Of a stretch of DNA of 20,756 bases, positions 9,036 through 17,597 are shown piece by piece. Location of the stretch: positions 1 through 20,756 of the forward strand of contig NJBI01000056.1 in the NCBI GenBank assembly GCA_005222975.1, written 5' to 3'. Each line of letters opens with the position of its first letter. Within the stretch, counting starts at the first letter, position 1. The notes under the pieces are model-generated. The model was given only the letters and a program-made list of their open reading frames with translations. It did no database searches and was not told the DNA's origin. Source of the stretch: Promethearchaeota archaeon Loki_b31 (GTDB lineage: Archaea > Asgardarchaeota > Lokiarchaeia > Sigyniarchaeales > SOKP01). The position numbers and the translations under genes were made by a program.

Positions 9036-9437
9036 TTATCTTTTCAAATTGTTTTTAACGAATTCAACAATAGTTTTTAACTCTGTACCTGGTCCATGAA
9101 ATCCTTTTAATCCGTGTTTTTCGAGAAATGGTTTGTCCTCATCGGGGATAATACCTCCAACACCCACAAGAACATCGTCAATTCCATTTTCTTTTAATTT
9201 TTCCATTATAATTGGACATAATGCATTATGTGCTCCAGATAGCATGCTTAGCATAACCGCATCCGGATCTTCTTGAATAATTGTCGAAACAATGTCCGAT
9301 GGCGTCTGATGGAGCCCAGTGTAAATAACCTCCATACCTGCATCCCGTAGAGCTCGAGCGAGAACTTTAGCTCCCCTATCGTGCCCGTCAAGACCTGGTT
9401 TACAAACTAAAACTTTAATTTTTCTTTGTTCTGCCAT
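9036..9437 (-). CDS. Acyl-CoA mutase small (cobalamin-binding) subunit, methylmalonyl-CoA mutase C-terminal domain / IcmB-like
   Basis: KPGLDGHDRGAKV (DxHxxG base-off motif), DAGMEVIYTGL, SMLSGAH and VGGIIP. Confidence 0.97.
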   Translation of the reverse strand: MAEQRKIKVLVCKPGLDGHDRGAKVLARALRDAGMEVIYTGLHQTPSDIVSTIIQEDPDAVMLSMLSGAHNALCPIIMEKLKENGIDDVLVGVGGIIPDEDKPFLEKHGLKGFHGPGTELKTIVEFVKNNLKR

Positions 9438-9451
9438 ATTATTTACCTTAT

Positions 9452-11086
9452 TTAAAATATTGAATCTTCTACATAGGTTCCAAATACTTCTTTAAGAGAT
9501 GCCATGATCTCGCCTATCGAAGCGTACTCCCGTACAGCATCGACGATATAGGGCATTAAATTCTCAGTACCTCTCGCGGCTTCCTCCAACTTTTTCAGTA
9601 TTTCCTGAACTTTTTCGTTGTTCCTTTGGTTTCTTAAAATGTGTAAATTTTCAATCTGCTCTTTAGCAACTCCTTCATCTATTTTTAACAAAGGTGTCGC
9701 GCAAGGTTCTCTTATTTGGATATCGTTCACGCCAACAAATATTCGATCTTTGCTTTCAATTTCTCGTTGATATTTGTATGAAGCGTTAGCAATCTCTTTT
9801 TGAAAGAAATTAGCTTTAATTGCTGGAATTACCCCACCCAATTCCTCAATTTTTTCAAAGTAAGCTTCAGCTTCCTCTTCCATTTTATTTGTTAACCATT
9901 CAACGTAGTACGAGCCCGCTAATGGGTCAACGGTATCGGCAACACCCGATTCATGGGCGATAATCTGTTGCGTACGTAAAGCAATTTTTACTGCTTTTTC
10001 TGTTGGCAAGCACAAAGCCTCATCAAAGGAGTTCGTATGAAGCGATTGAGTCCCTCCTAAAACAGCTGCTAAGCCCTGTATCGTAACTCTAGCAATATTG
10101 TTTTCTGGTTCTTGAGCGCTTAACGATACTCCCGCAGTTTGGGTGTGAAAACGCAACCTCATTGATTCTGTTTTTTTTGCCCCATATCTATTTTTCAATC
10201 TTTTTGCCCATATCCTTCGAGCAGCGCGATATTTACAAACTTCTTCAAAGAAATTATTATGAGAATTAAAGAAAAAAGAAAGTCTAGGAGCAAAATCATC
10301 GACATCTAAACCTCTTTTCATCGCTGCCTCTACATAAGCAAAACCGTCGGCTAAAGTAAAAGCGAGCTCTTGGACTGCGGTAGAGCCCGCCTCTCGTATG
10401 TGATAACCTGATATCGAGATAGTATACCATTGGGGGACATTTTTGGCGCAATATTCAATTGTATCAACGATTAAGCGCATTGACGGTTCTGGTGGAAAAA
10501 TCCAAGATTTCTGAGCTATATATTCCTTAAGGATATCGTTCTGAATTGTTCCTCTTAATTTATCGGGAGAATGGCCTTGTTTTTCAGCAGTTACTATGTA
10601 CATTGCTAATAATATTGACGCAGGAGCGTTAATTGTCATGGATGTAGATATTTTAGACAAATCAATTCCACTAAACAAAGTTTCCATATCTTTTAAAGTG
10701 TCAATCGACACGCCTTCCTTTCCTACTTCGCCCAAAGCTTTATCGTCGTCAGCTTCATAACCATAAATGGTATGTAAACTAAATGCTACGCTCAAACCGG
10801 TCGTCCCATGCTCTAATAAGAATTTATAGCGTTTGTTTGTTTGTTCAGCACTGCCAAATCCCGCAAATTGCCTCATTGTCCACAAACGACCGCGATACAT
10901 GTTAGGATAAGCACCACGAGTAAACGGGTACTTTCCTGGTTCTCCTAAGTCCATATCGTAATTGAACTCTTTGATATCTTCGGGTGTATAGGATGGTTTC
11001 ATTTCAATATCAGACAAATTAGTAAATTTTTCTCGCCTTTCGCTTTTAGTCGGTTTCAATGTCTTACTTTCATCAATTTCTGTCAT
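9452..11086 (-). CDS. Acyl-CoA mutase large (substrate-binding) subunit, methylmalonyl-CoA mutase family, with isobutyryl-CoA mutase (IcmA)-type specificity residues
   Basis: [68 protein letters not shown] and [10 protein letters not shown]. Phe74 and Gln192 stand where MCM has Tyr and Arg. Confidence 0.96.
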   Translation of the reverse strand: MTEIDESKTLKPTKSERREKFTNLSDIEMKPSYTPEDIKEFNYDMDLGEPGKYPFTRGAYPNMYRGRLWTMRQFAGFGSAEQTNKRYKFLLEHGTTGLSVAFSLHTIYGYEADDDKALGEVGKEGVSIDTLKDMETLFSGIDLSKISTSMTINAPASILLAMYIVTAEKQGHSPDKLRGTIQNDILKEYIAQKSWIFPPEPSMRLIVDTIEYCAKNVPQWYTISISGYHIREAGSTAVQELAFTLADGFAYVEAAMKRGLDVDDFAPRLSFFFNSHNNFFEEVCKYRAARRIWAKRLKNRYGAKKTESMRLRFHTQTAGVSLSAQEPENNIARVTIQGLAAVLGGTQSLHTNSFDEALCLPTEKAVKIALRTQQIIAHESGVADTVDPLAGSYYVEWLTNKMEEEAEAYFEKIEELGGVIPAIKANFFQKEIANASYKYQREIESKDRIFVGVNDIQIREPCATPLLKIDEGVAKEQIENLHILRNQRNNEKVQEILKKLEEAARGTENLMPYIVDAVREYASIGEIMASLKEVFGTYVEDSIF

Positions 11087-11249
11087 AATACTATCCTTTC
11101 ATTTATATATTAAAACAAGATTACGTAATTATTAAGTTAAACATTCTTACTTTTTGATAAGGATCTAAATTTATTAACTTTTTTTATAAAATTTATATCA
11201 ATTAAAAAAAATTAGTTATAAATAAGAATAAGTCTTTATTATTCCTTTA

Positions 11250-11687
11250 TTATTTGATGATGTATTCCATGAAGTAATGAGTAGCATTCTCTGCTGTCGT
11301 TTTAAACCCCATTTTTTTATAAAGAGTTTTAGCCCTTAAATTTACTTTAAGCACTTGTAATTTAACATTTTTGTTACCTAATTTACCATTTTCTAAAATC
11401 GTTCTAATTAATGAACTACCAATCCCTTGATTTTGAAATTCAGGTAAAATCGAAATTAATCCTAAAAATAATTCAACTTCTTTTTCAATAACAGATAATA
11501 CTCCTATATCAATGCCAGATATTGATATAATTTTTAAATCTTCAGGATGGAAATTTTCTAAAAAATAATTAATTTGCCATATCTCAACCCAACCCCAAGT
11601 TTCTTTAATATATTCTTTCAATGTTGCTTTTTTTAAATTAAATAAGAAATCTTTATCTTCTTTTGTAACAACACGTAATCTATGCAT
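11250..11687 (-). CDS. GNAT family N-acetyltransferase
   Basis: Acetyl-CoA-binding motif ILPEFQNQGIGSSLI, C-terminal LQVLKVNLRAKTLYKKMGF and N-terminal EYIKETWGW. Confidence 0.93.
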   Translation of the reverse strand: MHRLRVVTKEDKDFLFNLKKATLKEYIKETWGWVEIWQINYFLENFHPEDLKIISISGIDIGVLSVIEKEVELFLGLISILPEFQNQGIGSSLIRTILENGKLGNKNVKLQVLKVNLRAKTLYKKMGFKTTAENATHYFMEYIIK

Positions 11688-11715
11688 ATTCTCTCATTTT
11701 AGTAGTGTAACTTAC

Positions 11716-12852
11716 CTATATAATTTTATAGGCTTCATTAATAGCAGAACAGCCACCACACCTTACACATCCCGCTTTGTTTTTCAAAGGATTGACTCCA
11801 TATTCTTTCATTAATTTTGCTGCTTTTTTGTAAATATCAACCATAATTGTATGGTTAGTTATTGGCAAATCTTTTATCCCGGGTATCGATCTCACTGGAG
11901 TAATATACGGAATTACTCCTAACGAAATTATTTTTTCGGTGTCCAATATAAAATCATCCGGTGATTCTCCAAAACCAGTTAAAAGATAGGATGAAACCTG
12001 ATTTTTGCCGAAAATCTCAAGTGCGTGCTTCCAATTTTTCTCATATGACTCATACGAAATGCGAGACTTACCTGGAGTAATACTATCCCTGATCTTTTGA
12101 TTGAGTACCTCAAGATGGATTCCAATAGCATCTGCACCGGCTTCTTTTAACTCGATTATATACGATAAATCTTCTAAAGGTTCAATTTGAACATGTAAAG
12201 GAAGATTAGGGTAATTCTTTTTTATCCCTTTTAAAAGCTCAATATATCGCTTAGCCCCTTTATCAATGTTCTCGTCAGTGCCACTTGTTAAAGTCATATG
12301 ATTGCACCTTCCTTCTTTTTTCGCGACCGCGATAACTTCGGACATTTGCTGAGCATTTTTTTCCTCTATGGTTGCATCGCTCTTTAAGCTTAACTCGATG
12401 CCACAAAATTTACACGCTTCACCACACGCCCAATAAACGCATTTTTGATATATAGTACTAGATAAACAATCTACGCCGTGGACCAACGCAATTTTTTTCA
12501 TTGGTATTCCATCGGAAGTCATATAATCTGAATTGTAATAACGCGGGTTTTGAATTAATTTCAATTTACTGTGTTCTATTTTATTTCTAACATCGTATAC
12601 CTCAAAATAACTATCTCGGTTTTCTCTTAACACTAAATTAGATTTTTGAGGATCGTTCCAAAGTGCGGCGTTCACGAGAGTTCGATTTTCAAAAAGAAAA
12701 TACCTCCCACCTAATGGCCCTGCACCGCCTTTTCGGCCAAAAGAGATCTCGATTCCTTGATTTTTATAATGATCAATTAATTTTTCGTCTAAATACAACC
12801 CTTTACACAATATTTCAGTTTTCTTTACAAAAGAAGTGTAATCATCGAGCAT
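11716..12852 (-). CDS. Radical SAM protein, MSMEG_0568 / NitD-like family
   Basis: GRKGGAGP, KIALVHGVDCLSSTIYQKCVYWACGEACKFCGIELSL (contains CxxxCxxC), GIHLE, PGKSR, FGKNQVSSY and C-terminal KAGCVRCGGCSA match my recollection of that family. Confidence 0.85.
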   Translation of the reverse strand: MLDDYTSFVKKTEILCKGLYLDEKLIDHYKNQGIEISFGRKGGAGPLGGRYFLFENRTLVNAALWNDPQKSNLVLRENRDSYFEVYDVRNKIEHSKLKLIQNPRYYNSDYMTSDGIPMKKIALVHGVDCLSSTIYQKCVYWACGEACKFCGIELSLKSDATIEEKNAQQMSEVIAVAKKEGRCNHMTLTSGTDENIDKGAKRYIELLKGIKKNYPNLPLHVQIEPLEDLSYIIELKEAGADAIGIHLEVLNQKIRDSITPGKSRISYESYEKNWKHALEIFGKNQVSSYLLTGFGESPDDFILDTEKIISLGVIPYITPVRSIPGIKDLPITNHTIMVDIYKKAAKLMKEYGVNPLKNKAGCVRCGGCSAINEAYKII

Positions 12853-13005
12853 AGTTTCAAATATTCGTGCTAAATATGTAAATTTGATAAAATTTTTTAA
12901 CTATTCTTCATGGAATGAATATAATAACCTTTTATAATTTTATTTCTTATTAATTGTAATCTGTTAATTTAACGCTAAAAAATTTAATTGAAGAGGAAGT
13001 ATAAA

Positions 13006-13632
13006 ATGGCAAGTCGTAGACCTTGGCGTTGCTACTCAAGTTGGAGTCGAAGACCTTACCAACACAAGCGTAGCGCTAATCATAGAAGAGAATACGCGCG
13101 TGGAGGCGCACAGTCAAAGATAGTCCGGTTTTGGGGGGGCAATAAAGATATCCCTTGGGAAGATTGGGAGCTTGTTGTAGGACTTAAAGTCAGTCGACAA
13201 ATTCAAATATCTTCAAATGCTCTTGAAGCAATCCGTATTACCATAAACAGTGCATTACAAAAGCAAATAGGAAGATCGTACTTTCGTCTTCGAATAAGAC
13301 CTAAACCATTCCAAAAAATTCGAGAAAATAGAATGCTAGCTTTCGCGGGAGCTGATCGGGTACAAAGCGGCATGAGAAATTCATTCGGACGGTCTACGGG
13401 AGTTTGTGCGCGTGTACGAGCAGGTGCGATTGTATGCGATGTCGGAACTAGCTTGAAAGATCTGCCAATAGTCAGAGACAGATTAAGGATAGCATCTATG
13501 AAAATCTCGTGTCTCTGTACAACAGTTATCCTTAAGTATAAAACCCCTGAATTATTCAAACAATCAGGGTTACCTCTCTATGACGATAAAAAGCGGCGAG
13601 AAATTCCAATGTTCGAGTTTGCCGTTGCATAA
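13006..13632 (+). CDS. rpl10e: 50S ribosomal protein uL16 (L10e, archaeal/eukaryotic type)
   Basis: MASRRPWRCY, QISSNALEAIRI, RENRMLAFAGADRVQSGMRNSFG and ARVRAG. The ATG at 13006, after a purine-rich gaggaag, is preferred to the TTG at 12988. Confidence 0.96.
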   Translation: MASRRPWRCYSSWSRRPYQHKRSANHRREYARGGAQSKIVRFWGGNKDIPWEDWELVVGLKVSRQIQISSNALEAIRITINSALQKQIGRSYFRLRIRPKPFQKIRENRMLAFAGADRVQSGMRNSFGRSTGVCARVRAGAIVCDVGTSLKDLPIVRDRLRIASMKISCLCTTVILKYKTPELFKQSGLPLYDDKKRREIPMFEFAVA

Positions 13633-13735
13633 GTCAGTGAATTTACTTAATTAGAAGTTTTTCATTATCTTATTTTATCTTATTATTTATATCCAAAGAT
13701 ATTATTTAATCCTTTAATTATTAATTAATAAGATT

Positions 13736-14740
13736 ATGACTTTAAAAGTAGGATTAATTGGAGCGGGTGGCTTTGGGACTATTCATTTATTAGGTTATGT
13801 TAGAAATCCTAATTGCGAATTGGTAGCGATAGCTTCCAGAACTGAAGAACATGCGAGAAACGCAGCTGAGAGATTCAGTATCCCAAAAATCTACGGAGGA
13901 ATCGATAGCTGGAAGAAAATGATTGAAAATGAGGAATTAGATGTTATTAGCATTTGTACGCCCAATTATTTGCACGCTCTAACAGTTTTGAAAGCAATTG
14001 ATAAAAATCTTCATATTTTGTGCGAAAAACCAATTGCTATTTCTCACAAAGAGTTAAATGAAATCGAAACGAAACTAAAAAATAAGAAGCTTATCTTTTT
14101 TACATCGTTTCAAAAGCGATACAATCCAATTTTTCCGTTAATAAAAAAAGTAATAGATGAAATGGTTCTTGGTAGAATCATTTTTGTTAGATATTATTTT
14201 AGTCACTATGGGCCTTATAAATCCTGGAAACCACTCTCCAAAGAAAAATGGTTTTTTGATTCTGAAAAAGCGGGCGGAGGCGTTTTATTAGACCTTGGCG
14301 TACATTGTATTGATATTCTTCGGTATTTAATAGGTGAATATGATAAAGTTAATGGAATAAATTACAATACTTCTTGTATAAATATGAGCGACGAAGATAA
14401 TTGTAATGTCCTTTTTCGATTTAAAAATGACGCACTAGGACTTATCAGCGTTTCTTGGTGTAACGAACCTTTAGAAACGATCGAGGTTTTTGGTTCGAAA
14501 GGGTACCTCAAAATCGATTTAGGAAAGAAATACTCCGTTTCTTATGGACCAAGAACTATAAAAAGAAACGAATTGATTAAGAAAATTATAAAGTATAAAA
14601 GGTCTGGAGACATAGCTCAATATCGCCTAATTGATCATTTTATTAATTGCATCGCTGAGAACAAACAAGACAGTCCTAATTTTGAAGATGGAAAAAGAGC
14701 GGTTGAATTTGTATTAGAAGCGTATTCTCTAAAAGAATAA
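13736..14740 (+). CDS. Gfo/Idh/MocA family NAD(P)-dependent oxidoreductase
   Basis: KVGLIGAGGFG Rossmann motif, ICTPNYLH, HILCEKP and GGGVLLDLGVHCID. Confidence 0.95.
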   Translation: MTLKVGLIGAGGFGTIHLLGYVRNPNCELVAIASRTEEHARNAAERFSIPKIYGGIDSWKKMIENEELDVISICTPNYLHALTVLKAIDKNLHILCEKPIAISHKELNEIETKLKNKKLIFFTSFQKRYNPIFPLIKKVIDEMVLGRIIFVRYYFSHYGPYKSWKPLSKEKWFFDSEKAGGGVLLDLGVHCIDILRYLIGEYDKVNGINYNTSCINMSDEDNCNVLFRFKNDALGLISVSWCNEPLETIEVFGSKGYLKIDLGKKYSVSYGPRTIKRNELIKKIIKYKRSGDIAQYRLIDHFINCIAENKQDSPNFEDGKRAVEFVLEAYSLKE

Positions 14741-14832
14741 AGATATCGATTAAAAAATAAACATCAAATTTTTAACGATTATTTCTCTCATATTTATTAA
14801 TATTAAAACAATCAAAACTTGGAGGATAAACC

Positions 14833-16185
14833 TTGAGAGATTTAAAACCTTTTTTCAATCCTAAAAGCGTACTAATTATCGGAGTTTCAAGGCAAGCACT
14901 ATCTTTTAGTTATACGGTTTTGAAAAACTTGTTGGAAATTTTTTACCAAGGAAATCTTTATATTCTGAACCCTAACGCAAACGACATTTTAGGGGTTGAA
15001 TCTTACCATTCTTTTGAAGAATTACCTGAAATTCCCGAATTGGCTGTAATCGTTTTAGGAAAAGGTATTCTCGAAATTGTAGAGAGTTTAGGAAAACTTG
15101 GTGTCAAATACATAGCAATCCAGACAGAATTAAAACCAGGAACAAAGATTAACGATTTAACTATCCATTTACATCAAGTTTGCAAAAAATATGACATCAC
15201 TTATTTAGGACCGTCTATGCTTGGCATTATAAATTTTAACGATAACTTTACGACATCAATAATCCCAGTTCGCCAACATATAATGCGAGAAAACAAAAAT
15301 GTAAAAGAAGGATTGAGCTTTATTGCTCAATCTGGAGGTCTAGCGGGAGCGTTAGGGTGGTGGACGCCGCCACAAAGGTTACCCATCTCAAAGGTGATAC
15401 ATTTAGGTAAAGGTTTTCACATTAATGAAGCCGATGTACTCGAATACTTTTTAAATGACGATACAACTAAGGTCATTTCCCTATTTGTAAGAGAAATTTC
15501 GGAGGAATTAATTGGAGCTGTTAGAAAAGTCAGCTCTTCCAAACCAATACTTTTCTATTACGTGGGAAAGGATGAGATAAAAGAGAGAGAATTACAAAAA
15601 GCAGGTGGGATATTGGTATTAAATTATATCGATCTATTTGAGATTGCAAAAATCTTTTTATGGTGTCCTGAACCTAAAGGAATAAATTTAGGTATAATAG
15701 GACCAAGTTCTGGCGCAATTCATTTAATCGTGAAAGAAATGAGAAAACAACATTTATCGCTCGCGAAGCCTAGTAAAATCTCTCGAGAAATCATTATAGA
15801 TAAAGTTGGTGGGTCTACTTGCGCCTTTGGAAATCCTGTAGATTATTGGCCTCCAGAAAAATTTGTTGGAATTAAAATATGTGGTATATATAAGACATCT
15901 TCAGAAGCATTATTAAAAGACGATGCTGTTGATGGATTAATTTTAGCTTTAGAGTTCTTTACTGAAATCGAGTTCGATTTCAACATTTACGCGCCTTTGG
16001 TTAAAAAATATCCAAATAAACCGATTATTACCATTCTAGTTCAAGCAGAACACGAGGGAGCGAAGCGAGTAATTAAATCAGCAACTGAGTTGAAAATACC
16101 TGCCTTTGAAAACGAAATAGAGCGAGCAGTACGAGGTTATAGGCTTTTATACGATTATTACTCAAAAATTAAAAAAAGAAAGTAA
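14833..16185 (+). CDS. ADP-forming acyl-CoA synthetase alpha-subunit-like (CoA-binding) protein lacking the catalytic His loop
   Basis: LKPFFNPKSVLIIGVS, ILGVESY..FEELPEIPELAVIV, LGPSMLGII, FIAQSGGLA, YFLNDDTTKVI and GNPVD. The TTG start is preceded by a clear ggagg Shine-Dalgarno at 14821-14825. Confidence 0.88.
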   Translation: MRDLKPFFNPKSVLIIGVSRQALSFSYTVLKNLLEIFYQGNLYILNPNANDILGVESYHSFEELPEIPELAVIVLGKGILEIVESLGKLGVKYIAIQTELKPGTKINDLTIHLHQVCKKYDITYLGPSMLGIINFNDNFTTSIIPVRQHIMRENKNVKEGLSFIAQSGGLAGALGWWTPPQRLPISKVIHLGKGFHINEADVLEYFLNDDTTKVISLFVREISEELIGAVRKVSSSKPILFYYVGKDEIKERELQKAGGILVLNYIDLFEIAKIFLWCPEPKGINLGIIGPSSGAIHLIVKEMRKQHLSLAKPSKISREIIIDKVGGSTCAFGNPVDYWPPEKFVGIKICGIYKTSSEALLKDDAVDGLILALEFFTEIEFDFNIYAPLVKKYPNKPIITILVQAEHEGAKRVIKSATELKIPAFENEIERAVRGYRLLYDYYSKIKKRK

Positions 16186-16187
16186 AA

Positions 16188-17459
16188 TTAACTAAAAATC
16201 TCTTTTAGTTCTTCGGGAATTTCTTCACTAGAGTCCATGAGAGATAAAGCGTAAATTTGATCACCGCACTTGCATTGTTTTCCTTCAAATAAGTAAAACT
16301 TAAACTTATTTTTCCAATTACAAATATTTATAACGCTAATTTCTGTTATCTCTCCACAAATACAATAAATTGCCATGTCCTCGGAATAGTTAGGGATTAT
16401 CTCCGTGAATTTGAGAGGCGATTCGGTAAACTCAGAATCGTTTAACAGTTGATTAATTTTATCAGCAAGGTTATCTTTTAAGCTTGGTATAAAGCTCGTA
16501 ATTACACCATCTTTACCTTTCATTTCTGTTAAAACAACGAAATTTTTCTCGGGTTTTTCATCTTTTTGCTTTTCTGGAAATAACGGTTCCTCATATTGTT
16601 GTCGAAGAATTTCAGGAATAGGGAAAGGCTCCATACCTTCTGGGTATTCAAATGAAAAGTAATATTCTGTGAGCCCCCTTAATCTTTTTTGGTTTATCAA
16701 TTTTAAGTTTTCATAATCTCGATTAAATAGAGAAAACTTAATTAGTTCCAATGGTACTTCCATTTCTAAAAGATTAGATCGAATATTAGCTAACACTTCA
16801 CCAATAAAACTTTTTAAAACTAAGAAATCGTCTCTATTTTTCGTGTAAATCTCACTTCTATTCTCTTCCTTAAATCTATACCATTTTTTCACAACAGAAC
16901 TCTTTGTTAACTGGGGGACCATGCAACAGACACATATTAATGGAAACATAAAAAGTGGATCAACAGGTATATTAATATAAGGCAATATTATAAAAATCAG
17001 AGCAATACCAAGCATAGGCGCGGTAACTATTAAGCTTAAGTTCCTTAATCTTTTGTCAACTGATTTGCTAATTCCTTTACTTATTGCTAATTCTTCAACA
17101 TTAGTCATTAAGCGCTCAACGGTCTCAACGATTTTCTTATCTTCAAATCCCTTTTTAAGAAGTTTGTCTTCTTCTCCACCCAAACCAAATTTTTCAATTT
17201 TCTCCGATATCTTTTCTATATATTGATCAACATTGCGCTTCTTAAATATAAAATCTAAAGTTTCCTCCGAAAAATAATCCAAGAATTTAATTATGGATAA
17301 TTTAGCCTCGATGTTTTTAAGGGCCTCTGGATTTAAACCTAAAGCCTCTTGTAAAATTTGACCTTGTGTCTTTCTAACGGGTCTAGTACGTCTCGACATC
17401 CTTAATGGTTGTTCTCTTACTTCAGATCTTTCAATTTTTTCGTTCTCGTTTTCGTTCAT
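16188..17459 (-). CDS. Hypothetical membrane protein (TM hairpin, C-terminal Cys4 Zn-binding-like domain)
   Basis: 423-aa uninterrupted ORF with a charged helical N-terminus, two hydrophobic segments (LSLIVTAPMLGIALIFIILPYI; PLFMFPLICVCCMVP) and C-terminal YCICG...QCKCG. Confidence 0.8.
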   Translation of the reverse strand: MNENENEKIERSEVREQPLRMSRRTRPVRKTQGQILQEALGLNPEALKNIEAKLSIIKFLDYFSEETLDFIFKKRNVDQYIEKISEKIEKFGLGGEEDKLLKKGFEDKKIVETVERLMTNVEELAISKGISKSVDKRLRNLSLIVTAPMLGIALIFIILPYINIPVDPLFMFPLICVCCMVPQLTKSSVVKKWYRFKEENRSEIYTKNRDDFLVLKSFIGEVLANIRSNLLEMEVPLELIKFSLFNRDYENLKLINQKRLRGLTEYYFSFEYPEGMEPFPIPEILRQQYEEPLFPEKQKDEKPEKNFVVLTEMKGKDGVITSFIPSLKDNLADKINQLLNDSEFTESPLKFTEIIPNYSEDMAIYCICGEITEISVINICNWKNKFKFYLFEGKQCKCGDQIYALSLMDSSEEIPEELKEIFS

Positions 17460-17597
17460 ATTATTCTCAATAATTTAATGCGTTTATTAATTATTTATTA
17501 ATTAATAAAAGATAATTAACTTTTTGAAATTATTTCCTTTAAAAAACATGAATTTTCGACTTCGAAAAATTTTTTTATAACTCTTTATCATTAATAA

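Noticed and set aside
12663-12854. 63-aa plus-strand ORF
   Set aside because: Antisense to the radical SAM gene.
13203-13559. 118-aa minus-strand ORF
   Set aside because: Antisense shadow of rpl10e.
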